From sequence record MW822008.1: a stretch of DNA of 64,000 nucleotides, one strand, 5' to 3'. Every line of letters begins with the position of its first letter. Within the stretch, counting starts at the first letter, position 1. Under the pieces are notes generated by a model. The model did no database searches and was not told where the DNA came from. It saw nothing but the letters and a program-made list of their open reading frames with translations. The position numbers were made by a program, and so were the translations under genes. Shown in pieces: positions 9,781 to 20,010 of this stretch.

Positions 9781-10041
9781 ATGGATAAATTTCACACAGA
9801 TATAACACAGATAGGTAATCTTATCAATAGTCTAATTACTGATTTAGAAGAAAAGTACTTAGGTCGAAATGTATACGTAGAAATGTATGAAACATATGGT
9901 GTTATTGATATGATTTATTACAGTGCATTGAAGTGTGAAATACGTTTAACAGTATGTTTGTTTGAAAAAAATACATTCAACAGAAGTACTGCAATTCGCC
10001 AAGTTGGAGTTGATGATATAGAATTATACGAGGAACAATGA
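9781..10041 (+). CDS. small hypothetical protein, paralog family B
   Basis: LEEKYLGRNV motif. Confidence 0.7.
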   Translation: MDKFHTDITQIGNLINSLITDLEEKYLGRNVYVEMYETYGVIDMIYYSALKCEIRLTVCLFEKNTFNRSTAIRQVGVDDIELYEEQ

Positions 10042-10292
10042 TGTTTGAGCAGGACTTAGAGATATTCAAAAGTCATATTGATTACTTGACTATATTAGAA
10101 AATGATTTAACTACAAAGTACAAAGGCATTCGTGTTCTGTGCTGGTATGATGATTGGGATTATAAACGTGAACTCACGATTGATCGAATTTATTTCAGTG
10201 ACGGTGTACTAAATGTACATGGTGTAAATGATTTTGGTCATTCATATACATATTCTAATAATGCTAAATTTAAAAGGATCTACAATGAATGA
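10038..10292 (+). CDS. small hypothetical protein, paralog family B
   Basis: LTTKYKGIRV motif. Confidence 0.7.
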   Translation: MMFEQDLEIFKSHIDYLTILENDLTTKYKGIRVLCWYDDWDYKRELTIDRIYFSDGVLNVHGVNDFGHSYTYSNNAKFKRIYNE

Positions 10293-10587
10293 ATATTATC
10301 ATAATTTATTCGATTACATAAAACTAATAGATGATCTTTCTTTTGAATTTCTCAGTACTGAAAAAGTTCTTGAACCTCTCTATTATGATTGTATTAGTTC
10401 ACTATGTTTAGATGAAAAAGAGATATTAGCAAACAACTTACCATCCACGGTCTGTACAATCAATGGTTCCAAGGCATTAGTGTGCGAGGTTAATTTTCAT
10501 AAATCACTTAATACAATTGTTTACAAGTTCGATAACACTTGGGTAAATCATGTAACCAGTAATATTAAATCTGTGAGATTTTTATGA
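10285..10587 (+). CDS. hypothetical protein
   Basis: ATG at 10285 with AAGGA RBS. Confidence 0.65.
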   Translation: MNEYYHNLFDYIKLIDDLSFEFLSTEKVLEPLYYDCISSLCLDEKEILANNLPSTVCTINGSKALVCEVNFHKSLNTIVYKFDNTWVNHVTSNIKSVRFL

Positions 10588-10880
10588 ATATAAAAAAATT
10601 ATTTGAACAAGTAAATTTATTGTACTGGTGTTCAGACGGTTCAGATAAGGAATATAGTGAAGTTTATTTAGAACTGTTTAGAACTGAAATTCATCAAATT
10701 CGAAGATACCTAATTGATAACAAAACTAAAGTACAAGTAAGATACCATAACGGTACTTTAAAGAATGGTGTAATTATTGGATTGATAGTTACACGAATGT
10801 CTAATAATATTAAAGTTGCAGTTAGATTAATGACTGATGATGGTGTCTACACAATAGAAGCTAGTGAGATTATATATTAA
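10584..10880 (+). CDS. hypothetical protein
   Basis: ORF track; ATGA overlap. Confidence 0.65.
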   Translation: MNIKKLFEQVNLLYWCSDGSDKEYSEVYLELFRTEIHQIRRYLIDNKTKVQVRYHNGTLKNGVIIGLIVTRMSNNIKVAVRLMTDDGVYTIEASEIIY

Positions 10881-11186
10881 ATGGATATACAAACATTCAA
10901 TAAACTTAAGTACTATGATGATGGTTTTGCATTAATAATTAACGAACTTGATGGAATACCATACGAATATCATAATCAAGTAATGAAGATAATAAAATGT
11001 ATATGTGAAGAATTAAAAAGTATATTTAAAAATGAATATGTTTATGATTTAGGTAATAATAGCAAAAAACTATACATAAAGAAATTCTGGGGAACGCATT
11101 GCGGTTTGATGGTCGATTTAGGTTTAAGTTTAGACGATAATTCTGAATCATGTTCATTATATATAGATGAAATGCGAATATCATGA
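10881..11186 (+). CDS. hypothetical protein
   Basis: ORF track. Confidence 0.65.
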   Translation: MDIQTFNKLKYYDDGFALIINELDGIPYEYHNQVMKIIKCICEELKSIFKNEYVYDLGNNSKKLYIKKFWGTHCGLMVDLGLSLDDNSESCSLYIDEMRIS

Positions 11187-11243
11187 GACGTATCAGAATT
11201 CGGTGATATAATTTGATTACATCACCAATAGGGAGAAGTTGAA

Positions 11244-11570
11244 GTGAATGGTTCGTTTTTAACAATATTAGAAAAGACAACCGAGATGCTTTCTAGCTCG
11301 TTAATGCAGATTTTCAGTACTAATAATTTATACAATACCCAGGTGTTAGATTCAATTAATAATAACTATGTGGTAAGTATATCTGATGAAATATGTCCAT
11401 TTAATGCGTATTCAATTTATAGTGTAGAAGAGTTTCATATATCCGAGATTCGATGTGGTTTTGGTGCTTGGTTAGTTCTAAATGAACGTTCAGGGTTGTC
11501 TTTATACATCGAAGAAGTTAGTAAATTTATATACAAAGGAGTAGAATATGTTAACCCCAATTATTCTTAG
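11244..11570 (+). CDS. hypothetical protein
   Basis: ORF track; start uncertain. Confidence 0.55.
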   Translation: MNGSFLTILEKTTEMLSSSLMQIFSTNNLYNTQVLDSINNNYVVSISDEICPFNAYSIYSVEEFHISEIRCGFGAWLVLNERSGLSLYIEEVSKFIYKGVEYVNPNYS

Positions 11571-12201
11571 CAGTGCATATGTAATCGGTATTATTATTTC
11601 TGGTATGCTTGCATATAACTATAACCGAAGTGTTCTAGGTTATGTAGTACTTGGTACAGTACTAAGTCCAGTGATTGCCATTGGTCTTCTTGTTATGCTA
11701 GGTGAGAAAAATACAAGCTTCTTTATTACTAAAGAACTTGATAAAATCACTCCAGCACCAGAAACAGTTATTCCAGAAGTTAAAGAAGAAGTTAAAGAAG
11801 AAGTTAAAGAAGAAGTTAAAGAAGTTGAAGTTCAAATGCAAGTTAAAGTGTATAATACACTTGAAGAAACTGATCCTAAAGTTGTAGTGAATGTAGTTCC
11901 AGTCGTTGAAGATGTGAAACCAAAAGCTCCTAAAGTACAGAAAAATACTAAAACTGCAAAGAAAGCTCGTTACACTAAAGGTAAGAACAAAGGTAAATCT
12001 AAGGATGAACCACAACTAGGTGTTCATGACCATACTGCACAAATTGCAACGGCAGCGACCGCAGCAGCAATCGTAACATCACCAATCTACAACAATGATG
12101 ATTACAGTGATTATAGCCGTCACAGCAGTTCTTCCTCTGATTCTTGTTCCTATGATAGCTCTAGTTCTGATTCAAGTTCATCGTCTGGAAGTTGTGATTA
12201 A
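11548..12201 (+). CDS. membrane protein with EEVK repeats and Ser-rich tail
   Basis: Two N-terminal hydrophobic segments, EEVK repeats, C-terminal SSSSSDS...GSCD. Confidence 0.8.
   Translation: MLTPIILSSAYVIGIIISGMLAYNYNRSVLGYVVLGTVLSPVIAIGLLVMLGEKNTSFFITKELDKITPAPETVIPEVKEEVKEEVKEEVKEVEVQMQVKVYNTLEETDPKVVVNVVPVVEDVKPKAPKVQKNTKTAKKARYTKGKNKGKSKDEPQLGVHDHTAQIATAATAAAIVTSPIYNNDDYSDYSRHSSSSSDSCSYDSSSSDSSSSSGSCD
11776..11826 (+). repeat. 12-bp tandem repeat (GAAGAAGTTAAA) x ~4
   Basis: Read directly from the sequence; encodes EEVK. Confidence 0.9.
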
Positions 12202-12530
12202 TGTCAATGAAACCACTAATTCAACATAATATTTTTTATAGGTCATTATTCAAAATTCAAGATGATTTTTATCAGACGTTGAGTAATGATCTTATAGGTA
12301 AAACTGTACGATATTCGGAACAATACATCAAACGTATGACAAGTGAGTATATTGACCCTGAATACGAATACGACATTGAACACATTAATCCCAATACTAG
12401 AATGAAAATCATTGAGATATTTAAGAATGGGAGAACTATAGGTGCTGAAATTGAGTACTTGAATTGTGATTGTTACATAGATACCGAGTTAAGTTTGGAT
12501 TATCTTGTTTTAGTGGATGATGAGGAATAA
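12201..12530 (+). CDS. hypothetical protein, family B-like
   Basis: NDLIGKTVRY motif. Confidence 0.7.
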   Translation: MSMKPLIQHNIFYRSLFKIQDDFYQTLSNDLIGKTVRYSEQYIKRMTSEYIDPEYEYDIEHINPNTRMKIIEIFKNGRTIGAEIEYLNCDCYIDTELSLDYLVLVDDEE

Positions 12531-12532
12531 TT

Positions 12533-12748
12533 ATGATAACATTTTTTGCAATATATGGTTTTGTAGCATTTGTTACATTTATAACCAACTTTCTAGTACT
12601 TAATTGGGGTTGTTTTAAAGATGAAATCATGATTATCATGAATCTCCAAACAGCAGCACTGATGGCTATTATTTGGCCTGTAACATTAGTATATATTTTT
12701 ATTTCACTTACCCAAGATATTATTAACAAATATAAGAGAAAGAAATAA
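12533..12748 (+). CDS. small membrane protein
   Basis: Two hydrophobic helices, WPVTL motif. Confidence 0.7.
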   Translation: MITFFAIYGFVAFVTFITNFLVLNWGCFKDEIMIIMNLQTAALMAIIWPVTLVYIFISLTQDIINKYKRKK

Positions 12749-12999
12749 TGTTCAACACTGACTTATCACATTTGCGATATCTTATGTCTTTGGCTGATGA
12801 TTTTATAAATGATCTGAAGCCAAAATATATTGGTCAAGAAGTACGATTAATAAACTCCAGAGGGTATGGAAAGTATATTATTACTGATATGTATATTAGT
12901 GGTGGTGAATGGCGTTTTAAAATTAATACTTATCTTAAAGATGGTTCTTTTGCTGGAACACAAGTTACTAAACACACTAATATTATATGGTTGGAGTAA
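12748..12999 (+). CDS. small hypothetical protein, paralog family B
   Basis: LKPKYIGQEVRL motif. Confidence 0.7.
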   Translation: MFNTDLSHLRYLMSLADDFINDLKPKYIGQEVRLINSRGYGKYIITDMYISGGEWRFKINTYLKDGSFAGTQVTKHTNIIWLE

Positions 13000-13001
13000 T
13001 A

Positions 13002-13745
13002 ATGAAACACTTCTTAGAAGTAACTGTACCTGATGATAAAGATTTATACATTGTAGGTGATTTGCATGGTAATGGTAAACTATGGGATGCTACAGTGAAA
13101 GAATTTGGTATTACACACAATGATTATGTTTTCAGTGTAGGTGATATTATCGACCGTGGAGAACAAAATTCAAAGCTCCTTTTTGAATTTTTGTTCGGAG
13201 AAAATCGTTACATGATTGCGGGTAATCATGAGATGATGTGCGTTGATTCGGAAACACTTCGAGATTGGTATCATTGTTGGATAAGTAATGGTGGTGATAA
13301 ATTCCTTGATGAAGTTGGAGGAACAGGCATTCAATTCTTTCGTCAGTACTTAAAGGATCTCCCTATGATTATCCAAATCAATCACCGAGGATTGAAGATT
13401 GGGTTAGTTCATGCTGGAGTTCCGTTGGAATATACAACATGGGAACGATTTGTTAATGGGACAAAATCACTTAGTGCTGATATAATTGATAAGTGCTTGT
13501 GGGATAGAAAAACATTCGATTATTGTAGAACTAATAATACATATTATGCACCTAAGTTAGATGGAGTGCATTGTGTCTTTAGTGGACATACAGCAGTTAC
13601 AGACCCACTCATTTACGGTAATCGCATTTGGATTGATAGTCAGTTCTTGACGGGTGACTTAACTCTCGCTACTCCACAAAGTGGTGGGATGAGATACTTA
13701 CGTAAAGAAAAAGATGAGTACTCATTCAATCGTTTCAAAAGGTAA
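13002..13745 (+). CDS. serine/threonine protein phosphatase (PPP / lambda NinI-like metallophosphoesterase)
   Basis: GDLHG, GDIIDRG, GNHE, HAG, WDR and GHT motifs. Confidence 0.9.
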   Translation: MKHFLEVTVPDDKDLYIVGDLHGNGKLWDATVKEFGITHNDYVFSVGDIIDRGEQNSKLLFEFLFGENRYMIAGNHEMMCVDSETLRDWYHCWISNGGDKFLDEVGGTGIQFFRQYLKDLPMIIQINHRGLKIGLVHAGVPLEYTTWERFVNGTKSLSADIIDKCLWDRKTFDYCRTNNTYYAPKLDGVHCVFSGHTAVTDPLIYGNRIWIDSQFLTGDLTLATPQSGGMRYLRKEKDEYSFNRFKR

Positions 13746-13750
13746 TAATT

Positions 13751-14020
13751 ATGCATGATGTAGTTAAAAAATATTTGAATGATAGATATATTATGAAAAA
13801 ATCTATTAATTCTATCCTAAAAGACCATGCAAATCAAATACGTGAGATTCTATCAAATAAACTTATTGGTTGTTCAGTTGAGTTCAACTACAAAAAGAAT
13901 GTCGTGAAGGTTGGAGTTATTAAACGTGTAGTTGCTGTTTATGACCAAGATGTATATGTTGAAATAGAATATGATGGTAAATTATCACAATTAAGTACTG
14001 AAGATTTAACATTTTTATAA
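13751..14020 (+). CDS. small hypothetical protein, family B-like
   Basis: NKLIGCSVEF motif. Confidence 0.65.
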   Translation: MHDVVKKYLNDRYIMKKSINSILKDHANQIREILSNKLIGCSVEFNYKKNVVKVGVIKRVVAVYDQDVYVEIEYDGKLSQLSTEDLTFL

Positions 14021-14030
14021 GGAAATAGAA

Positions 14031-14258
14031 ATGAAAGTAATTCAAGTTATGGTAGAAAAATACCAAACTGAAGATGGTCGTATTTTTGATTCAGCTAAAC
14101 AAGCTGAACACCATGAACGTATTATTTCTGGTGCACGTAAAGTATGTCCTACATGTAATGGAACACAACAAGTACCGTCAGAAGATTACCGCAGCTTTTA
14201 TGCTTGTCCACACTGTGATGGGAAAGGCTACGTAGAAAAACAAGAGGTATGGAAATGA
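14031..14258 (+). CDS. DnaJ-type zinc-finger small protein
   Basis: CPTCNGT and CPHCDGKG (CxxCxGxG-like). Confidence 0.7.
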   Translation: MKVIQVMVEKYQTEDGRIFDSAKQAEHHERIISGARKVCPTCNGTQQVPSEDYRSFYACPHCDGKGYVEKQEVWK

Positions 14259-14668
14259 AATTGTATTGCTTAACTAATATGTACTGCCAAGGTGTCCAAG
14301 CTGGTATTCAAGCATTCCATGCTGGTGTTAAACTAATTAAAGAATATGAAGGTACTGCTTTCAGTACTATTATTGATGAATGGTACTATGAACACGAAAC
14401 TATTGTAGTACTAAATGCTGGTGGACATGATAAGTTAAATTCTTATTATAACAACCTTAGCAAACAGGGAAAAGTTCCGTTTGCCAAATTCAATGAAGCT
14501 GGATTGAATGATGCTATTACCTGTGTAGCAGTACTGTGTACGTCTGAAATGATTGAAGACATGGCTGTTATGCGTATGAATCTTCCTGCTGGTGATCAAC
14601 TAATGCAAGTAAAATATGGTGCATTGTTTGACACATTAAAAGCAATCAGCACAATGAGGACAATTTGA
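14255..14668 (+). CDS. peptidyl-tRNA hydrolase 2 (PTH2)-like protein
   Basis: GxQAGIQAFHA, TIVVL and EAGLNDAITCVAV resemble PTH2-fold phage proteins. Confidence 0.55.
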   Translation: MKLYCLTNMYCQGVQAGIQAFHAGVKLIKEYEGTAFSTIIDEWYYEHETIVVLNAGGHDKLNSYYNNLSKQGKVPFAKFNEAGLNDAITCVAVLCTSEMIEDMAVMRMNLPAGDQLMQVKYGALFDTLKAISTMRTI

Positions 14669-15867
14669 TGGATTTTCCAGAGAAGTTATTTGTTGCACGT
14701 TCCTATGTAAACCACAACCAAGTTGATGGTTTTATTATCGATGCAACAAAATCACATACAAAAGCGTTTGAAACAAAGAAAGAGAGAGCAGAGTACTGGG
14801 CAAAGAAGAACAATCTTCCATCGTTATATATTGACAACGTTCCAACTACGGGATTTTGTGTAGTTGATAAATTAACAACTCATGCACGAGAAACATATTT
14901 CACGATCCGTCACCCAGAAGGATTTGAATTTATGATTAGTGCAAAAAACATGAATGATTTAATTATCAATAACGATATAATCAAAGGTGTTTTTGTAGAC
15001 CCAATGTTTTTCAACAATAACTTAGAATTAATTAATGGTAAAACAAAAACGTTTGCTAAGTTAGTTGAAAAAGAAAATAAAAAAGAACAACAAAAAGAAA
15101 CTGTAGCAGGTCTTAAAGTTGGTGATGGTTTCACTTATCTTAAAGAAGATTACTATTACTGCGGTAAAGTACATGCAATTTGTATAAAGAAAACTAAAGA
15201 ATTTGCATATCCCGACAAAAGTTCAGTTTATCATTTACTTTTTAACAGTACTCGTGGAACTTATGCATTGAATCAACGTTTGGATAATTACAATCTTGAA
15301 CCTCGTGCACTCTTGAATAAGAAGACTACGGCAGATGAAGAAATTAAACTTGCTAATGAATTTTGGCAAAGCTATAGAACAAACAGACATAACCCATTAG
15401 GTGAATCTAACATTCCAGTACTGGTACACAATAAATCATTTAAAGCAAAAGACCTTAAAATTAAATACGAAGAAATAAATGTTGATGATCTTATGAATAA
15501 TGGACGTTTCAACGAGAACGTACCATTTATGACTAAAGATAATGAACAAACATATCGCGTATTTTTTGGTGTAAGTAATAATACAACGCGTAGTTATTAT
15601 GGGCGTAGTGGAGATTATAATATCCATTATAATGATAAATTTGAACGCTTTAGTGCATATCCAGTTCAAATTGATGATAATGGGATTATGGTAATGGATG
15701 TTGATATTAATGAACACTCATCATTTAGTACATGGAATGGCTATCGTTCCCCATTCTTCCCACCAAATGAACGCAAAACATCAAGCACTCGTTACTACCA
15801 AGACAAACCATGTCACGTTCAACTATCAATTAGTAATCCACTTTATATTGGAAAGTATTATCTATAA
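14668..15867 (+). CDS. hypothetical protein (400 aa)
   Basis: Long ORF with no recognised motif. Confidence 0.8.
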   Translation: MDFPEKLFVARSYVNHNQVDGFIIDATKSHTKAFETKKERAEYWAKKNNLPSLYIDNVPTTGFCVVDKLTTHARETYFTIRHPEGFEFMISAKNMNDLIINNDIIKGVFVDPMFFNNNLELINGKTKTFAKLVEKENKKEQQKETVAGLKVGDGFTYLKEDYYYCGKVHAICIKKTKEFAYPDKSSVYHLLFNSTRGTYALNQRLDNYNLEPRALLNKKTTADEEIKLANEFWQSYRTNRHNPLGESNIPVLVHNKSFKAKDLKIKYEEINVDDLMNNGRFNENVPFMTKDNEQTYRVFFGVSNNTTRSYYGRSGDYNIHYNDKFERFSAYPVQIDDNGIMVMDVDINEHSSFSTWNGYRSPFFPPNERKTSSTRYYQDKPCHVQLSISNPLYIGKYYL

Positions 15868-15878
15868 AGGAATATACA

Positions 15879-17297
15879 ATGAGCATTTTAGCAATTCTTG
15901 AAAGCATTAAAAATACTAGCAGTACTCTGGGCAAAAAGGCTATTCTTGAACAAAATAAAGATAATGTAACTTTACAAAAAGTACTGAAATATACTCTAGA
16001 CCCTTCTATCGTTAGTGGCTATAAGAAGCTCCCTGCCGCTGATGACGTATATCAACATATGACGTTAGATGAAGCAATTGATAAGCTAGAATGCATTTAC
16101 AAGCGTGATGTGACAGGAAATGCGGGGCGTGATTTCATTGCTTCAGTACTGGGTTCTGTATCTGAAGATGATCAGGAAGTTCTACGTAGAATGCTCACTA
16201 AGAACCTTGATTGTGGTATTCAGGAGAAGAACTGCAATGATGTGTTTGGTAAAGGATTCATCAAAGACGAACCATATATGCGTTGTTCTTTGATTGACAA
16301 AAAGACTGCAAAGAACATCAACTTCAAAGATTATGGTTACGCTATATCAGAAGTGAAAATGGATGGTCAGTACTTAAACCACGTTGTCATTAATGGTTCA
16401 TTAACTTCTACATCCCGTAATGGTAAACTATACGACTTCCTGGGTTGTCGTGATGGTGAGATGGCAGGTCTTGCTCACATCATCCAAAGTAAAGATGAAC
16501 GTTTTAGTAGTGGTGTAGTCTTTATGGGGGAAGGTGTAGTACTGGACAATGATGGAGAAACCATTCTCCCACGCACTACTGGCAACGGTATAATTCAGAA
16601 AGCTGGTAAAGATAGCATCAGTCAGAATGAAGCAATGCGTACTGTATTCGTTCTATGGGATGTTGTTCCATATGATGCATTTTGTGAAGGTGTATGGGAT
16701 GTAAAACGTAAAGAACGTCGCGAGATCTTAGTAGATGCAATTAACGAACTCAATAGTGATTTTGTTCGTATGGTTGGATTCCGTAAAGTTCTAAACATCA
16801 AAGAAGCATTTGAGTACAATAGTGAACTAATGAACGAAGGTGAAGAGGGTTCAGTACTGAAATGTGAAGATGGTATCTGGAAATCTCATACTTCACCTAA
16901 GCAGTTGAAAATGAAATTGAAAATGCAACTGGACTTACGTATTGTTGGTTTCAATGAAGGTGAAGGTAAACGTAAAGGAAGCCTAGGTTCTTTACAACTG
17001 GAAAGTGCTTGTGGTTCATTGAAAGTTAATGTGGGTACTGGTATCAAAGAGAAAGATGCTGAATGGACATTTAAAACCATTTGGGAAAGAATGCAAGAAC
17101 TTATTGGTAAAGTGGTTACAGTTGAGTGTAATGACATTGTATTCGACAAGCGTACTGGTGAGCCATCACTGTTCTTACCAGTGTTTATTGAATTTAGATT
17201 TGACAAAAACACTTGTGATGATTATACTCGTATCTTAGAAATTCGTGAGAGTGCTGTTGAAGTGTTCTCAAACAGTATTATTGACGCATTAGGTTAA
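15879..17297 (+). CDS. lig: ATP-dependent DNA ligase (T4 gp30-like)
   Basis: EVKMDG motif I, EGSVLK, KLK, and OB-fold NVGTG and SLFLPVF; 472 aa. Confidence 0.93.
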   Translation: MSILAILESIKNTSSTLGKKAILEQNKDNVTLQKVLKYTLDPSIVSGYKKLPAADDVYQHMTLDEAIDKLECIYKRDVTGNAGRDFIASVLGSVSEDDQEVLRRMLTKNLDCGIQEKNCNDVFGKGFIKDEPYMRCSLIDKKTAKNINFKDYGYAISEVKMDGQYLNHVVINGSLTSTSRNGKLYDFLGCRDGEMAGLAHIIQSKDERFSSGVVFMGEGVVLDNDGETILPRTTGNGIIQKAGKDSISQNEAMRTVFVLWDVVPYDAFCEGVWDVKRKERREILVDAINELNSDFVRMVGFRKVLNIKEAFEYNSELMNEGEEGSVLKCEDGIWKSHTSPKQLKMKLKMQLDLRIVGFNEGEGKRKGSLGSLQLESACGSLKVNVGTGIKEKDAEWTFKTIWERMQELIGKVVTVECNDIVFDKRTGEPSLFLPVFIEFRFDKNTCDDYTRILEIRESAVEVFSNSIIDALG

Positions 17298-17316
17298 CCA
17301 TTTATTGGAGGTGATT

Positions 17317-18108
17317 ATGAAATTTGTTGTAACATCTGATGTACACGGTGGGACTGATTACCTCCATAGTGGTGATTACAGTGATACAGTACTGATTATT
17401 GCTGGGGACTTCGATGAAGTTAAACGCAGTCGTTACCGTACTGGTATAGAATCACTATGTAAGCAGTTTAAGAATGTAGTACTGGTTCCAGGCAATCATG
17501 AATATTATGGTTCCAATATCCACAAAACGCATAAAGTACTGTCCGATATGCAAGATGAGATTCCAAATTTCATCTTTTTGCAAAACAAATTTGTATGGCT
17601 GGACGGAGTACTGCTTGTTGGTAGTACTCTGTGGACAGACTTCGATAAAGGTAATTCTTTGACGAAGTTTGATGCTCGTCTGAAGATGAACGATTACAAA
17701 CATATCCGTCATGGAACAACATCAGAGCCTTGGCGTAAGAAACTGACACCAGATGATACTGAGTTTATGCATCACAAAGATAAACAATTTATCAAAAATT
17801 CTATTGACACAGTTCGCTTTATGCATGATAATGATTTCAAGGTCATCGTGGTTACCCATCACGCACCAAGTTATCAAAGTGTTTCACCAAAATATAAAAA
17901 TGATTCACTGAATGGTTGTTACTGTTCCGATATGGATCAGTACATTGAAGATTTGGGTGCTGATGTTTGGATTCATGGTCATGTTCATAGTAGTTTTGAC
18001 TACCACATTGGTAAGACACGTATCATTTGTAATCCACGAGGCTATGAATCATACAGTGGAGCTTGTGAGAATTTTGATTACAATCCTAAATTTGTATTTG
18101 AAATTTAA
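17317..18108 (+). CDS. calcineurin-like metallophosphoesterase
   Basis: SDVHG, AGD, PGNHEYY, THHAP and HGHVH motifs. Confidence 0.9.
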   Translation: MKFVVTSDVHGGTDYLHSGDYSDTVLIIAGDFDEVKRSRYRTGIESLCKQFKNVVLVPGNHEYYGSNIHKTHKVLSDMQDEIPNFIFLQNKFVWLDGVLLVGSTLWTDFDKGNSLTKFDARLKMNDYKHIRHGTTSEPWRKKLTPDDTEFMHHKDKQFIKNSIDTVRFMHDNDFKVIVVTHHAPSYQSVSPKYKNDSLNGCYCSDMDQYIEDLGADVWIHGHVHSSFDYHIGKTRIICNPRGYESYSGACENFDYNPKFVFEI

Positions 18109-18120
18109 TGAGAGGATATT

Positions 18121-18504
18121 GTGTCATTAATTTATTTTGAACTGCCAGAATATACCAATTATCCAAGCCGAGTTATTTGCTCAGTTTATAGTAATGCATA
18201 TCATCACTTGTTAGTGAATAGTAATAAAGCTGTGCATTATTATCGAAATAAAGAACCACGTACATTAAAGAATCGTTATGGGTTTGACCCAACTAACACT
18301 GAAGTTGAACTCTGTGATCTGTTCGGGGAAGTAATGGTGGTATTGAAACGAGATATTCATCTTTTCCATACATACAAACTTAATCAGTACTTTATGGAAA
18401 CACTGTCTATACGTTCCCATGCTCCGATGATTAAAGTTGATTTGAATTATGTTGATGATAAATTGAAATATGATTTCATTAATTCACTTGTTTATTTGGA
18501 GTAA
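18121..18504 (+). CDS. hypothetical protein
   Basis: GTG start with GAGG RBS. Confidence 0.65.
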   Translation: MSLIYFELPEYTNYPSRVICSVYSNAYHHLLVNSNKAVHYYRNKEPRTLKNRYGFDPTNTEVELCDLFGEVMVVLKRDIHLFHTYKLNQYFMETLSIRSHAPMIKVDLNYVDDKLKYDFINSLVYLE

Positions 18505-18505
18505 T

Positions 18506-18910
18506 ATGAATATACGTTCAGTACGAATATTTTCATTTGTTGATATGAATAAAAAACACTCTTATGTGTTTGAAAATGTCAATAAGTTAAATCCTCATAC
18601 GGCAAAAATGATTGAAACCATGAAGAACTTGAGTTTACATATAGAAGTTTACTATCTTCATGACGATTCTGTTTATGTATATGATGATGGATGGTATGAC
18701 GGTGTGTTTTATGATGACATTAGCACTACTGCTGATTACTACTTTCTAGTGAGTAATCCACTATTCAGTACTAAAACTTTGTTTGACATTACCGATACAA
18801 GCGTGTATGATACAAGTCATGTTGAGTTACTTAAGTTTGATCCAGTATTATTCAACAAAGAGACGGCGTATTGGATGACTGATTTCTTTTCAAATATTCC
18901 AGTAAAATAG
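18506..18910 (+). CDS. hypothetical protein
   Basis: ATG at 18506 with GGAG RBS. Confidence 0.65.
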   Translation: MNIRSVRIFSFVDMNKKHSYVFENVNKLNPHTAKMIETMKNLSLHIEVYYLHDDSVYVYDDGWYDGVFYDDISTTADYYFLVSNPLFSTKTLFDITDTSVYDTSHVELLKFDPVLFNKETAYWMTDFFSNIPVK

Positions 18911-18911
18911 T

Positions 18912-18940
18912 TTGGACATTTTAAATCTTAGTGATATAAT
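18912..18940 (+). promoter_or_regulatory. sigma70-type promoter upstream of clpP
   Basis: TTGGAC-17 nt-TATAAT with extended -10 TG. Confidence 0.7.
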
Positions 18941-18974
18941 ACTCACAACAACGAAATAATAGAGGAAATTAATA

Positions 18975-19670
18975 ATGGTTGAACAATTCATGTTTGGTGG
19001 TTATGCTAATGGCGAAGTACGTAACATTTCTATTCCTTACGTAGTTGAGAAAGTTAATGGTTCAGAACGTACATATGATCTAGCATCTCGTATGATGCAA
19101 GACCGTATCATTTTCCTTGATACTGATTTCAATGATCAAATGGCACATATCATCAAACAACAATTGGTATGGTTAGACTCACAAGGTGATTCCCCTATTA
19201 CATTCTACATTAGTTCACCGGGTGGTTCAGTACACGCAGGTTTGGGTATTGCAGATGTTGCTAAGTCTTGTATTTCGCCAATTCGCACTGTAGTAATGGG
19301 CTATGCAGCATCAATGGGTTGCTATACACAATCTGTTATTGGGACTAAAGGTTTCCGTTTAGGTGGTAAACGCTCATACTTCATGTGTCACCAAGTAAGT
19401 TCTGGTACACAAGGTCTAATTACAGACCAGAAGATTTCCCTACAACATTCTGATGCACTGAATACATTGTTGACCAAAGAAATTGCAGAAGCTGTAGGTG
19501 TATCACATGAACAATTACTAAAAGATGCTGACCGCGATTTGTGGTTAAATGCAGAAGAAGCACTTGAATATGGTGAACATGGTTTCATTGATGGTATTAT
19601 TCTTGGTCCACGTAACGAAGAAGGCAAGTACTTAGTTAAGCGTCGCGGTGGTGTAGAAGAGTGGGTGTAA
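18975..19670 (+). CDS. clpP: ClpP protease proteolytic subunit
   Basis: YDLASRMMQDRIIFL, SSPGGSV, AASMG (catalytic Ser), MCHQ (His), DRD (Asp). Confidence 0.93.
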   Translation: MVEQFMFGGYANGEVRNISIPYVVEKVNGSERTYDLASRMMQDRIIFLDTDFNDQMAHIIKQQLVWLDSQGDSPITFYISSPGGSVHAGLGIADVAKSCISPIRTVVMGYAASMGCYTQSVIGTKGFRLGGKRSYFMCHQVSSGTQGLITDQKISLQHSDALNTLLTKEIAEAVGVSHEQLLKDADRDLWLNAEEALEYGEHGFIDGIILGPRNEEGKYLVKRRGGVEEWV

Positions 19671-19680
19671 GATAGATTTT

Positions 19681-19701
19681 GATGCCTCAATATGGGGCAT
19701 C
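19681..19701 (+). terminator. hairpin after clpP, possible terminator or processing site
   Basis: GATGCCTCA-ATA-TGGGGCATC; weak U-tract. Confidence 0.45.
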
Positions 19702-19718
19702 ATCTTTGTGGAGATTAT

Positions 19719-20009
19719 ATGAAAGTACTAGTACGTAATAATACGGAAGTAGCAAATGTATTAGAAGATTCCGATTTTATTAATGTTGCGTTCGATCAAA
19801 TTAGTGCAGTAGCACTTGAATTAAAAAATGTAGATGAATCTGAGCGTGTGCTGAATGGTTTTGCAATTGTACTTGAATTAATGAATGAAGTACTAATTAA
19901 AAAGAACATTAATCCAGTTGATGCGGTTCAACATGCAGAAGCTGTGCGTAAAGAACACGGTACATTCTCTGACAAAAAATACATTCAAACTGATGAGGTA
20001 AAAGAATAA
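19719..20009 (+). CDS. hypothetical protein
   Basis: ATG at 19719 with GGAG RBS. Confidence 0.75.
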   Translation: MKVLVRNNTEVANVLEDSDFINVAFDQISAVALELKNVDESERVLNGFAIVLELMNEVLIKKNINPVDAVQHAEAVRKEHGTFSDKKYIQTDEVKE

Positions 20010-20010
20010 T

